Shown here in pieces: positions 9,039-18,287 of a stretch of 53,704 nt of DNA. Below the pieces are notes generated by a model, which saw nothing but the letters and a program-made list of their open reading frames with translations, did not search any database and was not told where the DNA came from. A program made the translations under genes and the position numbers. Positions within the stretch are counted from its first letter, which is position 1. The number at the start of each line of letters is the position of its first letter. The stretch is from an uncultured Myxococcales bacterium (GTDB lineage Bacteria; UBA10199; 2-02-FULL-44-16; JAAZCA01), in NCBI GenBank assembly GCA_964480565.1, contig CAYZSU010000004.1, positions 1 through 53,704 of the forward strand, written 5' to 3'.

Positions 9039-11324
9039 ATGATCGCAACAACATCCATTTGGATTACATTAATGCCTATCATTATTATTAATTCAATTTT
9101 ACTCATATCATTACTACTCTATTCGACATATTTTAGTAAAAAGAAAACACAGTTTTTTGAGGGAGCAAAAAACCAGGGATCCTTACTACTATCTCAAAAT
9201 ATACGTGAGTGGTGGTTTTGGACCACGGATCCCGTGGTTAAACTGCTTGTCGCACTGCATATCGGCCCAAATACAATTACACTGATCGGTATTAGCATCG
9301 CCGCCATTGCAGGTATTTTCTTTGGCCTTGGGCAGCTGGGATATGCGGGATGGCTGATGATCCTTAGCGCTAGTTTTGATATTTTCGATGGTCGTGTTGC
9401 ACGAATGACCGGTAAAACATCGTCATCCGGTGCATTTTTTGATTCAGTGACCGATCGATTTGGCGAGGGATTTTGCTTTATGGGACTCGCCTATTATTTT
9501 CGCGATACATGGCTGTTATTATTTATCATTGCCGGATTGATTGGCTCTACATTGGTTAGCTATACACGTGCACGCGGTGAAGGGGTTGGCGTTAACTGCA
9601 CAAAGGGATGGATGCAACGGCCAGAGCGCATTGCTTATCTGGGTGTGGCATCCATACTCACACCGATGATGCATGCCATATTAATGAAGTTTATGGATCA
9701 ACCACCTGCCGTACTCGTTTATATTGCACTTATATTTATTGCGATCACAACAAATATCACCGCTGTATATCGCATGATCTATATTATGAATGAATTGGAT
9801 TCTCAGAAAGAACGTGACACAGATAGCTTTGCACAAGTATTTGCTAAATTAACTACTTCTGAGGGACGCGATGCATTTTTGGATCGCGCGCGATATGGCT
9901 ATGATCGTGCAAAAACAGATATTAATCATGCGGTTATTTTTCATGTCGGCTATATCAATCAGGACGAACTCAATTATCAAATTAGTGCAGGCAATATGCC
10001 GCATTTAAGTAAGCATATTTTAGAACGCGGTGGAAAGTATACGGGAACGTCTGTATTTCCATCCAGCATTGGACCGAGTTTTACGCCGTGGGTGACGGGA
10101 TCATATCCTGGCACATGCGATATCCCTGCAACTCGCTGGTTTGATCGCCATGTATCGGAGCGACGAAAAATTACAGTTAATCGCTTTCGTGATTATATGG
10201 GCTGGGGCGCTTATGCCATGGACCATGATTTAAATAAAACAGTGCAAACAATTTTTGAATATTCCAAACAAGCGGTTACCATATTTGGTGCATTAAATCG
10301 TGGCTGTGGATTAATGCGTGATCCTGCTTTTTTTAGACTCTATAGTCGCTATCATAATGCCATCCGCATGAGCGATATTGAGGCAGCGGACGAAGCTGCA
10401 TTTTCTTGGTTTAGCTCGGCATTAAAACGAGAAACTGATTTTATCCTATATTCATTTCCACCCATGGCGCTTTTACATACAGCTAGAGAAAACAATGATA
10501 TCTACGCCAAACTTGATCAATCGATTGGCAAGTGTATTCAAAACTTAGAAGAAAAAAACATCTACGATGACAGCATGCTATTTTTTGTGGCAGATGCAGG
10601 GTTTGATCAAAAAACACATTCATTTAATTTATATCATTTTTTAAACAAACGCTATCAGGTATGCCCAAAGAATGATCGATTTAAAGATTGGCAGGATGCA
10701 GACATTATCTATATGCCATCTGGTACCTCCATGGCTCATTTGTATTTTCCCAATCAAAATAAATGGCAAACCCCTTGTTTTTTTGAGAGCATTGAACAGA
10801 CCGGACTGATCGGATCCCTGCTTGAAAATGACGGCATTGATATCATTGCTGGCCGCAGCGCCAAGGGCGGTATTATGCTGCAAAGCCGACGTGGTCGCGC
10901 ACACATTTTGGAAGATGCGGCCAATCGATGGACATATTTAATTAAAGGCAGTGATCCCTTTGGATATACGCATATTGATCAATCATTAAATACTAGGCAG
11001 GCATTTGAGCAAACCGTGCACACCGATTACCCAGATGCGATTATGCAGATTGCACAATTATTTCGATCCAAGCGCACCGGTGATTTGGTTATCAGTGCCA
11101 CACATCATACTAGCTTACTCGATAAATCACAGGTCAAAACAATGGCTGGCATAGAATCACAGTGGGCATGCGGTTCTATTCATAAATCGCATATGCAAAT
11201 CCCCATTTTATGCAGTCATGCGCTTCGTTCATCCTATTGCCGAAGTGTGGATATTTTCCCAAGCATTGCACAGGCTCTTGGCATTGACATTATGCATGCG
11301 GTAGACGGCGAATCTATTTTATAA
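9039..11324 (+). CDS. CDP-alcohol phosphatidyltransferase fused to an alkaline-phosphatase-superfamily (nucleotide pyrophosphatase-like) domain
   Basis: Intact DIFDGRVAR...GAFFDSVTDRFGE motif with PNTIT and SYTRAR/QRPER. C-terminal ~460 aa has NPP-like TSVFPS..GP, DIPATRWFDR, YPDA, RTGDLVISA and VDG.SIL. Confidence 0.85.
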   Translation: MIATTSIWITLMPIIIINSILLISLLLYSTYFSKKKTQFFEGAKNQGSLLLSQNIREWWFWTTDPVVKLLVALHIGPNTITLIGISIAAIAGIFFGLGQLGYAGWLMILSASFDIFDGRVARMTGKTSSSGAFFDSVTDRFGEGFCFMGLAYYFRDTWLLLFIIAGLIGSTLVSYTRARGEGVGVNCTKGWMQRPERIAYLGVASILTPMMHAILMKFMDQPPAVLVYIALIFIAITTNITAVYRMIYIMNELDSQKERDTDSFAQVFAKLTTSEGRDAFLDRARYGYDRAKTDINHAVIFHVGYINQDELNYQISAGNMPHLSKHILERGGKYTGTSVFPSSIGPSFTPWVTGSYPGTCDIPATRWFDRHVSERRKITVNRFRDYMGWGAYAMDHDLNKTVQTIFEYSKQAVTIFGALNRGCGLMRDPAFFRLYSRYHNAIRMSDIEAADEAAFSWFSSALKRETDFILYSFPPMALLHTARENNDIYAKLDQSIGKCIQNLEEKNIYDDSMLFFVADAGFDQKTHSFNLYHFLNKRYQVCPKNDRFKDWQDADIIYMPSGTSMAHLYFPNQNKWQTPCFFESIEQTGLIGSLLENDGIDIIAGRSAKGGIMLQSRRGRAHILEDAANRWTYLIKGSDPFGYTHIDQSLNTRQAFEQTVHTDYPDAIMQIAQLFRSKRTGDLVISATHHTSLLDKSQVKTMAGIESQWACGSIHKSHMQIPILCSHALRSSYCRSVDIFPSIAQALGIDIMHAVDGESIL

Positions 11325-11494
11325 TTATAACCAGAAATGTATAAGCACTTGATCAAATTGAGTATTTGCATAATGCACACACCCAATTTGTCACATCTTT
11401 AAACAATAAATCCAATTCAGGCCCATACGAATATGATGCTGAATTGGATTTGGCTCCTCAACACAGAAGATCGGTGTTTTGAGAACAACCCCAT
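11325..11494 (+). mobile_element. Family-1 element, right-hand portion, between convergent genes
   Basis: ataagcacttgatcaa, gagtatttgcat, atatgatgctgaattggatttggct and gaagatcggtgttttgagaacaacccc match copies at 4661 and 41309. Confidence 0.8.
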
Positions 11495-11497
11495 GAT

Positions 11498-12727
11498 TTA
11501 AGTTTGTGATTTTTGTTTATTATAATTGAAAATAATTTTCTCATAATACTGCACTGTGGTTTTTGCAATTGCATCCCAGCTAAATATATCTTCCACACGA
11601 TTGCGACTTGCTTTGGCAAATGAGCGGCATTGATCATGATCCGCCAATACCCTGTTTACATTAACGGCTAAGTCTTTAGAAAATTGATCAGGATCCCTTG
11701 GCGATGCATCGCTATCACTGACAGGTATAAAATCGACGAGCAATCCCGTTTTTTCGGGCACAATAATCTCCGGTATTCCACCCACAGCGCTGCCAACAAC
11801 CGGCGTCTCACAGGCCATGGCCTCCAAGTTGATAATCCCAAACGGTTCATAAATCGATGGACAGCAAAACACTGTAGCATGCGAATAGAGCTGGATTACA
11901 TCCGCCTTTGCCACCATTTCTTCAATCCAAATAATATGATCATGATACGCTTTTGCCGCATCAACAGCCGCTTGCATTTCTTTGGCAATCTCCGGCGTAT
12001 CCGGTGCACCCGCGCATAATACGATTTGCACATTGGGGTTAATATGTTTCGCTGCATTCACTAAATGAATAATTCCCTTTTGCCGGGTAATACGTCCGAC
12101 AAACAGCACATAGGGTTTTTCCCGGTCAATGCCATACTTATCCAATGCATCGGTATGCGATACTCGCTGATATTCATTCAAATCAATGCCATTATAAATC
12201 ACATTTATTTTATCATCCGCTATATCAAAATAATTTAATGCATCTGCTTTCATTCCCTTGGATACCGCAATAATACCATGACTTTCCTGCATGGCCATGC
12301 GCTCAATAAAACTACTCAAATGATAGGCATTGCCGAGTTGCTCAGCCTTCCATGGACGTGATGGCTCAAAGCTATGCGTGGATAATACCATGGGCACTTG
12401 ATACAGTTGACTCGCTATGAGTCCTGACAAATGCGAATACCATGTATGACAATGCACAATATCCGCATCCTTTAAATTCGCAGCCATTGAAATATTACGA
12501 CTCACCGCATCAATGGCTTTTGTAAACTTTATGTTCGAACAGTTAATGTCAGCATTATTAGAATGCCCGTAAATGCTTAAATTTTTTTCAGTTATTTGCT
12601 GTTCACCAAAACAATGCACTTCCACATCAATGTATTTGGATAATTCACGGCTTAAATAATCCACATGCACACCTGCGCCACCATATACATTTGGCGGGTA
12701 CTCATTTGTAAAAAAAATCACCTTCAT
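11498..12727 (-). CDS. glgA: GT4 glycogen synthase-like / alpha-maltose-1-phosphate synthase (GlgM, actinobacterial GlgA type)
   Basis: TNEYPPNVYGGAGVHV, HCHTWY, RPWKAEQLG, VGRITRQKG and YEPFGIINLEAMAC. Start ATG 12727 overlaps the maltokinase TGA (ATGA). Confidence 0.92.
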   Translation of the reverse strand: MKVIFFTNEYPPNVYGGAGVHVDYLSRELSKYIDVEVHCFGEQQITEKNLSIYGHSNNADINCSNIKFTKAIDAVSRNISMAANLKDADIVHCHTWYSHLSGLIASQLYQVPMVLSTHSFEPSRPWKAEQLGNAYHLSSFIERMAMQESHGIIAVSKGMKADALNYFDIADDKINVIYNGIDLNEYQRVSHTDALDKYGIDREKPYVLFVGRITRQKGIIHLVNAAKHINPNVQIVLCAGAPDTPEIAKEMQAAVDAAKAYHDHIIWIEEMVAKADVIQLYSHATVFCCPSIYEPFGIINLEAMACETPVVGSAVGGIPEIIVPEKTGLLVDFIPVSDSDASPRDPDQFSKDLAVNVNRVLADHDQCRSFAKASRNRVEDIFSWDAIAKTTVQYYEKIIFNYNKQKSQT

Positions 12728-14100
12728 AATTCCCCCTCTAATAATTGCCTTATGCCCTGCCATGGGATCTCTACCCAATCCGGACGATTGGTTATTTCAT
12801 ATTCCAATTCATATAATGCTTTATCCAAGCAATATGCGCGTAATATACTCACCCTATTCGATTCACTCATATCACCGATCATATCAGATGCATGTGCGGT
12901 CAGTGTCGTCATATATGCCTGTAAAAATGCACTGTGCACAGTCATTATCCACTGCGCCTGATCTTTCGCATCATAGTCTTTTATTTTTGTGACATGGGCA
13001 CAATACCAAGCATAATCCATGGACCGCATCATACCTGCAATATCCTTGTATATGGGATAATGCATGACGCGTTCATCATAGGGCTTGAGCGGTTCACCTT
13101 CAAAGTCAATTACTGTATATTTACCGGATAAACCAAGCACTTGCCCCAAATGCAAATCCCCGTGTTGGCGAATACAATATGGCATGTATGCAAGGCTTTG
13201 GCCTGCCTGTTCAAATACTTGTATGATATTGTTTTTCTGATCAGATATCCATTTTTGTAATTTTAAATGCGCGTGTTTCTTTTCAATACATGCAATACTA
13301 CGCTGCAATTGCGCATTCCACTGCTGTTGCCACTGACCAATAAGCACGTCATAAGTACTTACTTTTCCAAATCCCATGTCACCGGATTGGCTGAGTGCCA
13401 CATGCAATTTAGCAATAAATTCTCCCATCACATGCATATGCTGCTTACACTGTGTACGATTATTTTTCTGAATACAATCAATGATCATATCCCATGCAGA
13501 TCCATCATGCTCGATATAATCGTAGAGGATCATCAATGGGTATTCCTGCCCATCATCGGATCGATATGATACATGCCCGATAACATGCGGTACCTGTGAA
13601 AATCCAACATATTGAAGATGCTGGTTAACCTCTAGCTCCACACTGGCCCCTGCGATCAAGCGCCGCTGCATTTTGGCCACCCATTTTTTTTGACCGGTAT
13701 GCTCACATGCAATCAGTGAGTTGGTGGAGGTATCCGGCATTGCATGATAGCAATTACCCATCCGATGGATGTCGTCGCATGACCTGTGAATGATCAATTG
13801 ACCTTGGTGCATGGCAATGCAATTGTGATCGTGATTGAATAATCGACCAAACAAGGCATTCAATACATGTGGCGCATCCATTGATGACCACTTGCCGGAT
13901 GCAGTATGTTGGAAAATCGCATAGTGGTGTATGGAATTATCAGCCAGTGTAATCTTATAAATACCCAATTGTAGATCAGAATTTAAATCGCATATATCCA
14001 TACATATAATATCAACAAGGGATTGATGCTTTCCCTGAAACCAACGGCAGGATTGTAAAAAAGAAATCGCATCTTTTATCGCATACATCATATAGTCCAT
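12724..14100 (-). CDS. Maltokinase (Mak/Pep2 family)
   Basis: RWFQGK, HGDLHLGQVL, IDFEGEP, DIAGMMRSMDY and DKALYELEYE..NRPDW motifs. Confidence 0.9.
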   Translation of the reverse strand: MDYMMYAIKDAISFLQSCRWFQGKHQSLVDIICMDICDLNSDLQLGIYKITLADNSIHHYAIFQHTASGKWSSMDAPHVLNALFGRLFNHDHNCIAMHQGQLIIHRSCDDIHRMGNCYHAMPDTSTNSLIACEHTGQKKWVAKMQRRLIAGASVELEVNQHLQYVGFSQVPHVIGHVSYRSDDGQEYPLMILYDYIEHDGSAWDMIIDCIQKNNRTQCKQHMHVMGEFIAKLHVALSQSGDMGFGKVSTYDVLIGQWQQQWNAQLQRSIACIEKKHAHLKLQKWISDQKNNIIQVFEQAGQSLAYMPYCIRQHGDLHLGQVLGLSGKYTVIDFEGEPLKPYDERVMHYPIYKDIAGMMRSMDYAWYCAHVTKIKDYDAKDQAQWIMTVHSAFLQAYMTTLTAHASDMIGDMSESNRVSILRAYCLDKALYELEYEITNRPDWVEIPWQGIRQLLEGEL

Positions 14101-14109
14101 CGTATCCCA

Positions 14110-15225
14110 TTATCTGCGTTTAGCAGGCATTGTATAACTTACGTCTCCATCCGTGGCTATCACAGCTATATCTCCATCTCTACTATATATTCTTTTTGAC
14201 CGTCTTCCATCATCCCAAGGTGTGGCGTTCCAAGTACCGATAGGCGAATCATTTTCTATAATGACTAAATCCTGTCGTTGAAAGACACCATATCCGCCCT
14301 CCAACCACAGCGCATTTCCATGTTTCACAACCTCAAATGGATTCGTATAAATACCGCAACTATGAACCGCCCGAATATCGCCTGGCGCTGTGGTAAAACA
14401 CAAATCAAATACAGCGCAATTGCTTTCGCCTGGTTGTAAAGCACTCACCCGTCCCAATGCTTCCAATTCCACATAGGGTGCATGATCCGCCATAAATAGT
14501 TCAAAGAGTCCATGAACATGGTGTGAATGCCTTAATACGCTATACACATTATTAGAAGATCGCATGGCAATCCACTTTGCCTTTGCACCAACTTTTATCA
14601 TAGGATTGCCCGTATGGAACGCTTTCCATATGGGTAGTGCACTTTGTTTTCTAAATGGATGACACTCTCCCATGAGGCATCGAATAGCATCGTCTGGTTG
14701 CCCAATATATAAATTCGTAGCATTTGGTGTAGCATTTAGCTGCCCCACAAACCACGGTGTAAACGGATGGCTATCTTGACCTTTATTGATAACCGTTTGA
14801 TCAAAGCGAATAATACTTTGATCGCCTAATAGTGCAATCTTTGTACTCAATTCAATGGGTAGTGGATTTTTTGGCAGGTAAGGTGCGACAATATGAATAG
14901 CATTGTCATTCATTCCTGTATCATGTCCCGTTGTCATATCATAGGTACCACCAAATAGCGGCTTTGGCGGTGGCCATTCGCTAGCTCCTTTAAACGATTC
15001 CCAACCCTGTGGTCCATTTTGTGGTCCTGCATAAAAATGAATACCGCCGCCTTCTGCTTTTCTTAAAAAATCAAAGCTACGATAAATAGGATTTTTAATA
15101 GATACTCTTTCGATCCCGCCTATTGCTGTTTGCACTGTCCCAGTAGGTATAGCTTTTGAAAGACCACCTAAGCAAGAGTTTGCTGTTATGCTTAAAAATG
15201 AATTTGATAATGTTGCAATTGCCAC
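14110..15225 (-). CDS. Hypothetical protein, possible DUF4380/galactose-mutarotase-like beta-sandwich
   Basis: GGxxFYAGPQ..W.....WPPP and YVELEALG....LQPGE pattern; GTG start with GAGGAGG RBS. Confidence 0.55.
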   Translation of the reverse strand: MAIATLSNSFLSITANSCLGGLSKAIPTGTVQTAIGGIERVSIKNPIYRSFDFLRKAEGGGIHFYAGPQNGPQGWESFKGASEWPPPKPLFGGTYDMTTGHDTGMNDNAIHIVAPYLPKNPLPIELSTKIALLGDQSIIRFDQTVINKGQDSHPFTPWFVGQLNATPNATNLYIGQPDDAIRCLMGECHPFRKQSALPIWKAFHTGNPMIKVGAKAKWIAMRSSNNVYSVLRHSHHVHGLFELFMADHAPYVELEALGRVSALQPGESNCAVFDLCFTTAPGDIRAVHSCGIYTNPFEVVKHGNALWLEGGYGVFQRQDLVIIENDSPIGTWNATPWDDGRRSKRIYSRDGDIAVIATDGDVSYTMPAKRR

Positions 15226-15244
15226 GATGCCTCCTCAATAAATA

Positions 15245-17101
15245 TTATTTTAAAACAGTCATTAATTCCTTTATTAAGTGATATTTGCCAAATGGTGGAA
15301 AAATATAGGCACCGTCGATGCCACTTAAATCCTTCGCCTCTGACAATGCATCCTTAGCTATCTCACAGCCCACGGATTGTTGCGCCTCTTTACTCTTTGC
15401 AGTTGCTATACGCTGCATGATGCTAGCAGGAATTTGCATGCCCGGCACTTCATTGTGTAAAAACTCGGCATTGCGCAAGCTCACAAGTGGCAATATCCCT
15501 ACAAATAAAGGTATTTTTTTTATGCCTTGAATTTTACTTGAAAATTGACTGAGCAGATTTGGATCATAGATGGGTTGTGAAAAAGCAAATTCCGCGCCCA
15601 TAGTGATTTTCTGTTTATATCGCTCCACTTCCAAGTCAATGTCCACAGCCCCTGGATTCACCCCGCAGCCAATTAAAAAACGCGTCTGCCCATTGATCGG
15701 GCGATTGGCAAAATCCAAGCCATGATTCATATTAGCGACAAAGCGAATGAGCCCAATCGCATCCACATCAAATACTGCGGTGGCATTGGGATAATGCCCC
15801 ATCTTGGGCGGATCGCCGGTAATGATCAAAATATTATTGAGCTCCAGCGCACTGGCACCGATTAAATCCATCTGCATGCCGAGTAGATTACGATCCCGAC
15901 AACAATAATGCACAATCGGCTCAATGCCAATTTGCCGCTTAATCTCTATGGCTAAAGGGATGGGACTCATACGCGCCATGGCTCGTGGACCATCCGCAAT
16001 ATTGACCGCATCCACACCTAAGTCAGCGAGCAGCTTGGCACCATCCAATGCTTTTTGCATACTGATGCCCAAGGGTGGATCCACTTCCACACAGACATTG
16101 AATTTGCTGTGTAGATGTTTTGCAAAATCACTTTTTTCAGGTTGGACAATGGGTTCTTTTTTTTCCACTGGATCTGTTTGTGAAATGATGTTCACAGCCA
16201 CAGATGTTTTTAAATGCTTAGTCGCATGTAAAAAATGATGCATCTCACGAATATGATCGGGCGTAGTACCACAGCAACCACCAATTAAGCTCACGCCAAT
16301 TTGCACATAGCGCTTGGCATATTCCGCCATATACTCCGGGCTTGCCAAATAATGTGTGCGGCCTTGAATCATCTTTGGTAACCCTGCATTGGGCATGGCA
16401 GATATAGGTGTATCCGTCACAGCTTTCATGCGCTTGGCTGCTTCAAATACACCTTGTGGCCCCTCGCAACAGTTGATACCCACAACATCAGCACCCCAAT
16501 TACTCATAGTGCGTGCTGCATCTTCAGGCAACAGGCCTTCAAAGTGATCCTCGCCCAAATACTTAAGCGATACCTGGGTGATAATTGGAATATCTGTCAC
16601 ACTTTTGGCAGCCTGAAATGCCATATGCAATTCCTGAATATTCGTAAATGTTTCGAGTAAAATGACATCCACATTAGTATCAGCTAATAGTCGAATATGC
16701 TCCGCAAAGGCATCGTGCAATTCATCATCGTTTAAACCACCCTGATCAGCCATGGTCCATGCAATAGGTCCCACTGATCCTGCCACAAAGGCTTTATCCG
16801 CAGCAGCCTGTTTAGCAAGCTGCACACCCGCCACATTGATATCTTCCATTTTGGATTCATATCCATGGGCGCGCAGGGCATAGTGGTTGGCCATAAATGT
16901 ATTGGTTTCAATGAACTGACTGCCTGCATTGATATAGGACTCATGTATGGATGAAATCAGTTTGGGCTGTGATAGGTTTAACTCATCGTAGCAGCGATTG
17001 ATAAAAATACCGTGACGATAGAGCTCTGTACCAATGCCGCCATCGGCCAGAATGCCATCTTCATGAAGCGTATCTAAAAATGATTTTTTAGTTATCGTCA
17101 T
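15245..17101 (-). CDS. yitJ: Bifunctional homocysteine S-methyltransferase / methylenetetrahydrofolate reductase
   Basis: DGGIGT, ETNTF, GINC and IGGCCGTTP in the N domain; ADGPRA, CRDRN and ITGDPP in the MTHFR domain. Confidence 0.93.
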   Translation of the reverse strand: MTITKKSFLDTLHEDGILADGGIGTELYRHGIFINRCYDELNLSQPKLISSIHESYINAGSQFIETNTFMANHYALRAHGYESKMEDINVAGVQLAKQAAADKAFVAGSVGPIAWTMADQGGLNDDELHDAFAEHIRLLADTNVDVILLETFTNIQELHMAFQAAKSVTDIPIITQVSLKYLGEDHFEGLLPEDAARTMSNWGADVVGINCCEGPQGVFEAAKRMKAVTDTPISAMPNAGLPKMIQGRTHYLASPEYMAEYAKRYVQIGVSLIGGCCGTTPDHIREMHHFLHATKHLKTSVAVNIISQTDPVEKKEPIVQPEKSDFAKHLHSKFNVCVEVDPPLGISMQKALDGAKLLADLGVDAVNIADGPRAMARMSPIPLAIEIKRQIGIEPIVHYCCRDRNLLGMQMDLIGASALELNNILIITGDPPKMGHYPNATAVFDVDAIGLIRFVANMNHGLDFANRPINGQTRFLIGCGVNPGAVDIDLEVERYKQKITMGAEFAFSQPIYDPNLLSQFSSKIQGIKKIPLFVGILPLVSLRNAEFLHNEVPGMQIPASIMQRIATAKSKEAQQSVGCEIAKDALSEAKDLSGIDGAYIFPPFGKYHLIKELMTVLK

Positions 17102-17105
17102 TACA

Positions 17106-17759
17106 TTATCGATTCTGTGCTAAATAGGGATTATTTTCACATTGCTCAGCAATTGTGCTCGTATTAAATCGGCCATAGGCATGGCCTGGATAAATAATTG
17201 TATCTGGATTTAATTGAGTAATGCGATGCAAGGATGTATTCATCTGATCAGGACTACCACCTGGCAAATCGGTTCGGCCGCAAGCATCGATAAATACTGT
17301 ATCACCTGTGATTATATTTTTATCAATTAAAAAACACTGGGATCCGGGCGTATGCCCAGGTGTATGCAAACATTGGCAATTGCTATTACCAATAGCAATG
17401 CATTCACCATCAGTGCTTAAATGAATCTGCACTGAGTCTGGAATGGGTGGCGATATAGTTGGATCAGCAGAAGCATTATCCCCTTGCACATGCGCAAATT
17501 CCGCTTCATGCACATACACAGCTATTTGCGTTTGTGCGACCACATTTTCCAAGGCATTGATATGATCATAATGCATATGGGTCAGCAGTATCTTTTTTAA
17601 TTGCCAGTGATTGTCTGTGATAGTTTTTAGAATTTGATCTGCATCCCAACAGGGATCAACCACCGCACAATCACCCGTAGCATTATCTGCAATCACATAT
17701 GTATAGTTTTCCATCGGGCCAACGGAGACTTGCTTAATCGTAATATCACTCACACTCAC
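17106..17759 (-). CDS. MBL-fold metallo-hydrolase (glyoxalase II-like)
   Basis: THMHYDH, HTPGHTPGS, TGDTVF and YPGH motifs. Confidence 0.93.
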   Translation of the reverse strand: MSVSDITIKQVSVGPMENYTYVIADNATGDCAVVDPCWDADQILKTITDNHWQLKKILLTHMHYDHINALENVVAQTQIAVYVHEAEFAHVQGDNASADPTISPPIPDSVQIHLSTDGECIAIGNSNCQCLHTPGHTPGSQCFLIDKNIITGDTVFIDACGRTDLPGGSPDQMNTSLHRITQLNPDTIIYPGHAYGRFNTSTIAEQCENNPYLAQNR

Positions 17760-18142
17760 CTCATTGATTCGGGTTTAATCGCAAAATCATCCAGTATATA
17801 TTCTGGGATATCACAGTTCTTAAATTCGCAAAATTCTGGCATACCATCGTCCAATTGCCATATATAATACCCTTTTTCTGTAGGCAATAATAAACGCCAT
17901 AAACCCTTTGCTTCACAGCCCAAACGGCTCACTTTGTCTACCCAGCTATCAACAAGGTCCACTTTCTCAGACAAAATACGCTGATACACAGGATCTGATT
18001 CAGATAAGTATTGTGATTCATCGAGCATACTGGATAATTGGTTGACCGCGTGATCTGTAATGCGCTGAATAATAGGTACAATATCCCTTACATCGCTGTC
18101 TGTAAATATGCGCTTGCCGTCTATTGGTATAATCATAGCCAT
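17756..18142 (-). CDS. DUF2203-like protein
   Basis: Size plus N-terminal RIFT....R..VP.I and C-terminal LGCEAKGLW...GYYIW pattern. Confidence 0.6.
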   Translation of the reverse strand: MAMIIPIDGKRIFTDSDVRDIVPIIQRITDHAVNQLSSMLDESQYLSESDPVYQRILSEKVDLVDSWVDKVSRLGCEAKGLWRLLLPTEKGYYIWQLDDGMPEFCEFKNCDIPEYILDDFAIKPESMR

Positions 18143-18227
18143 GGTCGCCTAATGTAGTGATCACATTATAATTGTCAATGGGATTGCACAAAAAATACAG
18201 GACAAATACATTTAAAACTTCCAATAT

Positions 18228-18266
18228 AAAAAAAGGCAATCCCAATAATAATCGAAATTGCCTTTT
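18228..18266 (-). terminator. Intrinsic terminator after hppA
   Basis: Inverted repeat aaaaggcaat / attgcctttt with a T-run on the minus strand, ~20 bp after the stop. Confidence 0.65.
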
Positions 18267-18287
18267 AATCAAAGTTCTTCTTGCACC

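Noticed and set aside
11298-11330. Family-1 element supplying the 3' end of the fusion gene
   Set aside because: The similarity (ggtagacggcga vs ggcggacagcga) is short, and VDG.S.L is the normal C-terminal motif of this enzyme superfamily.
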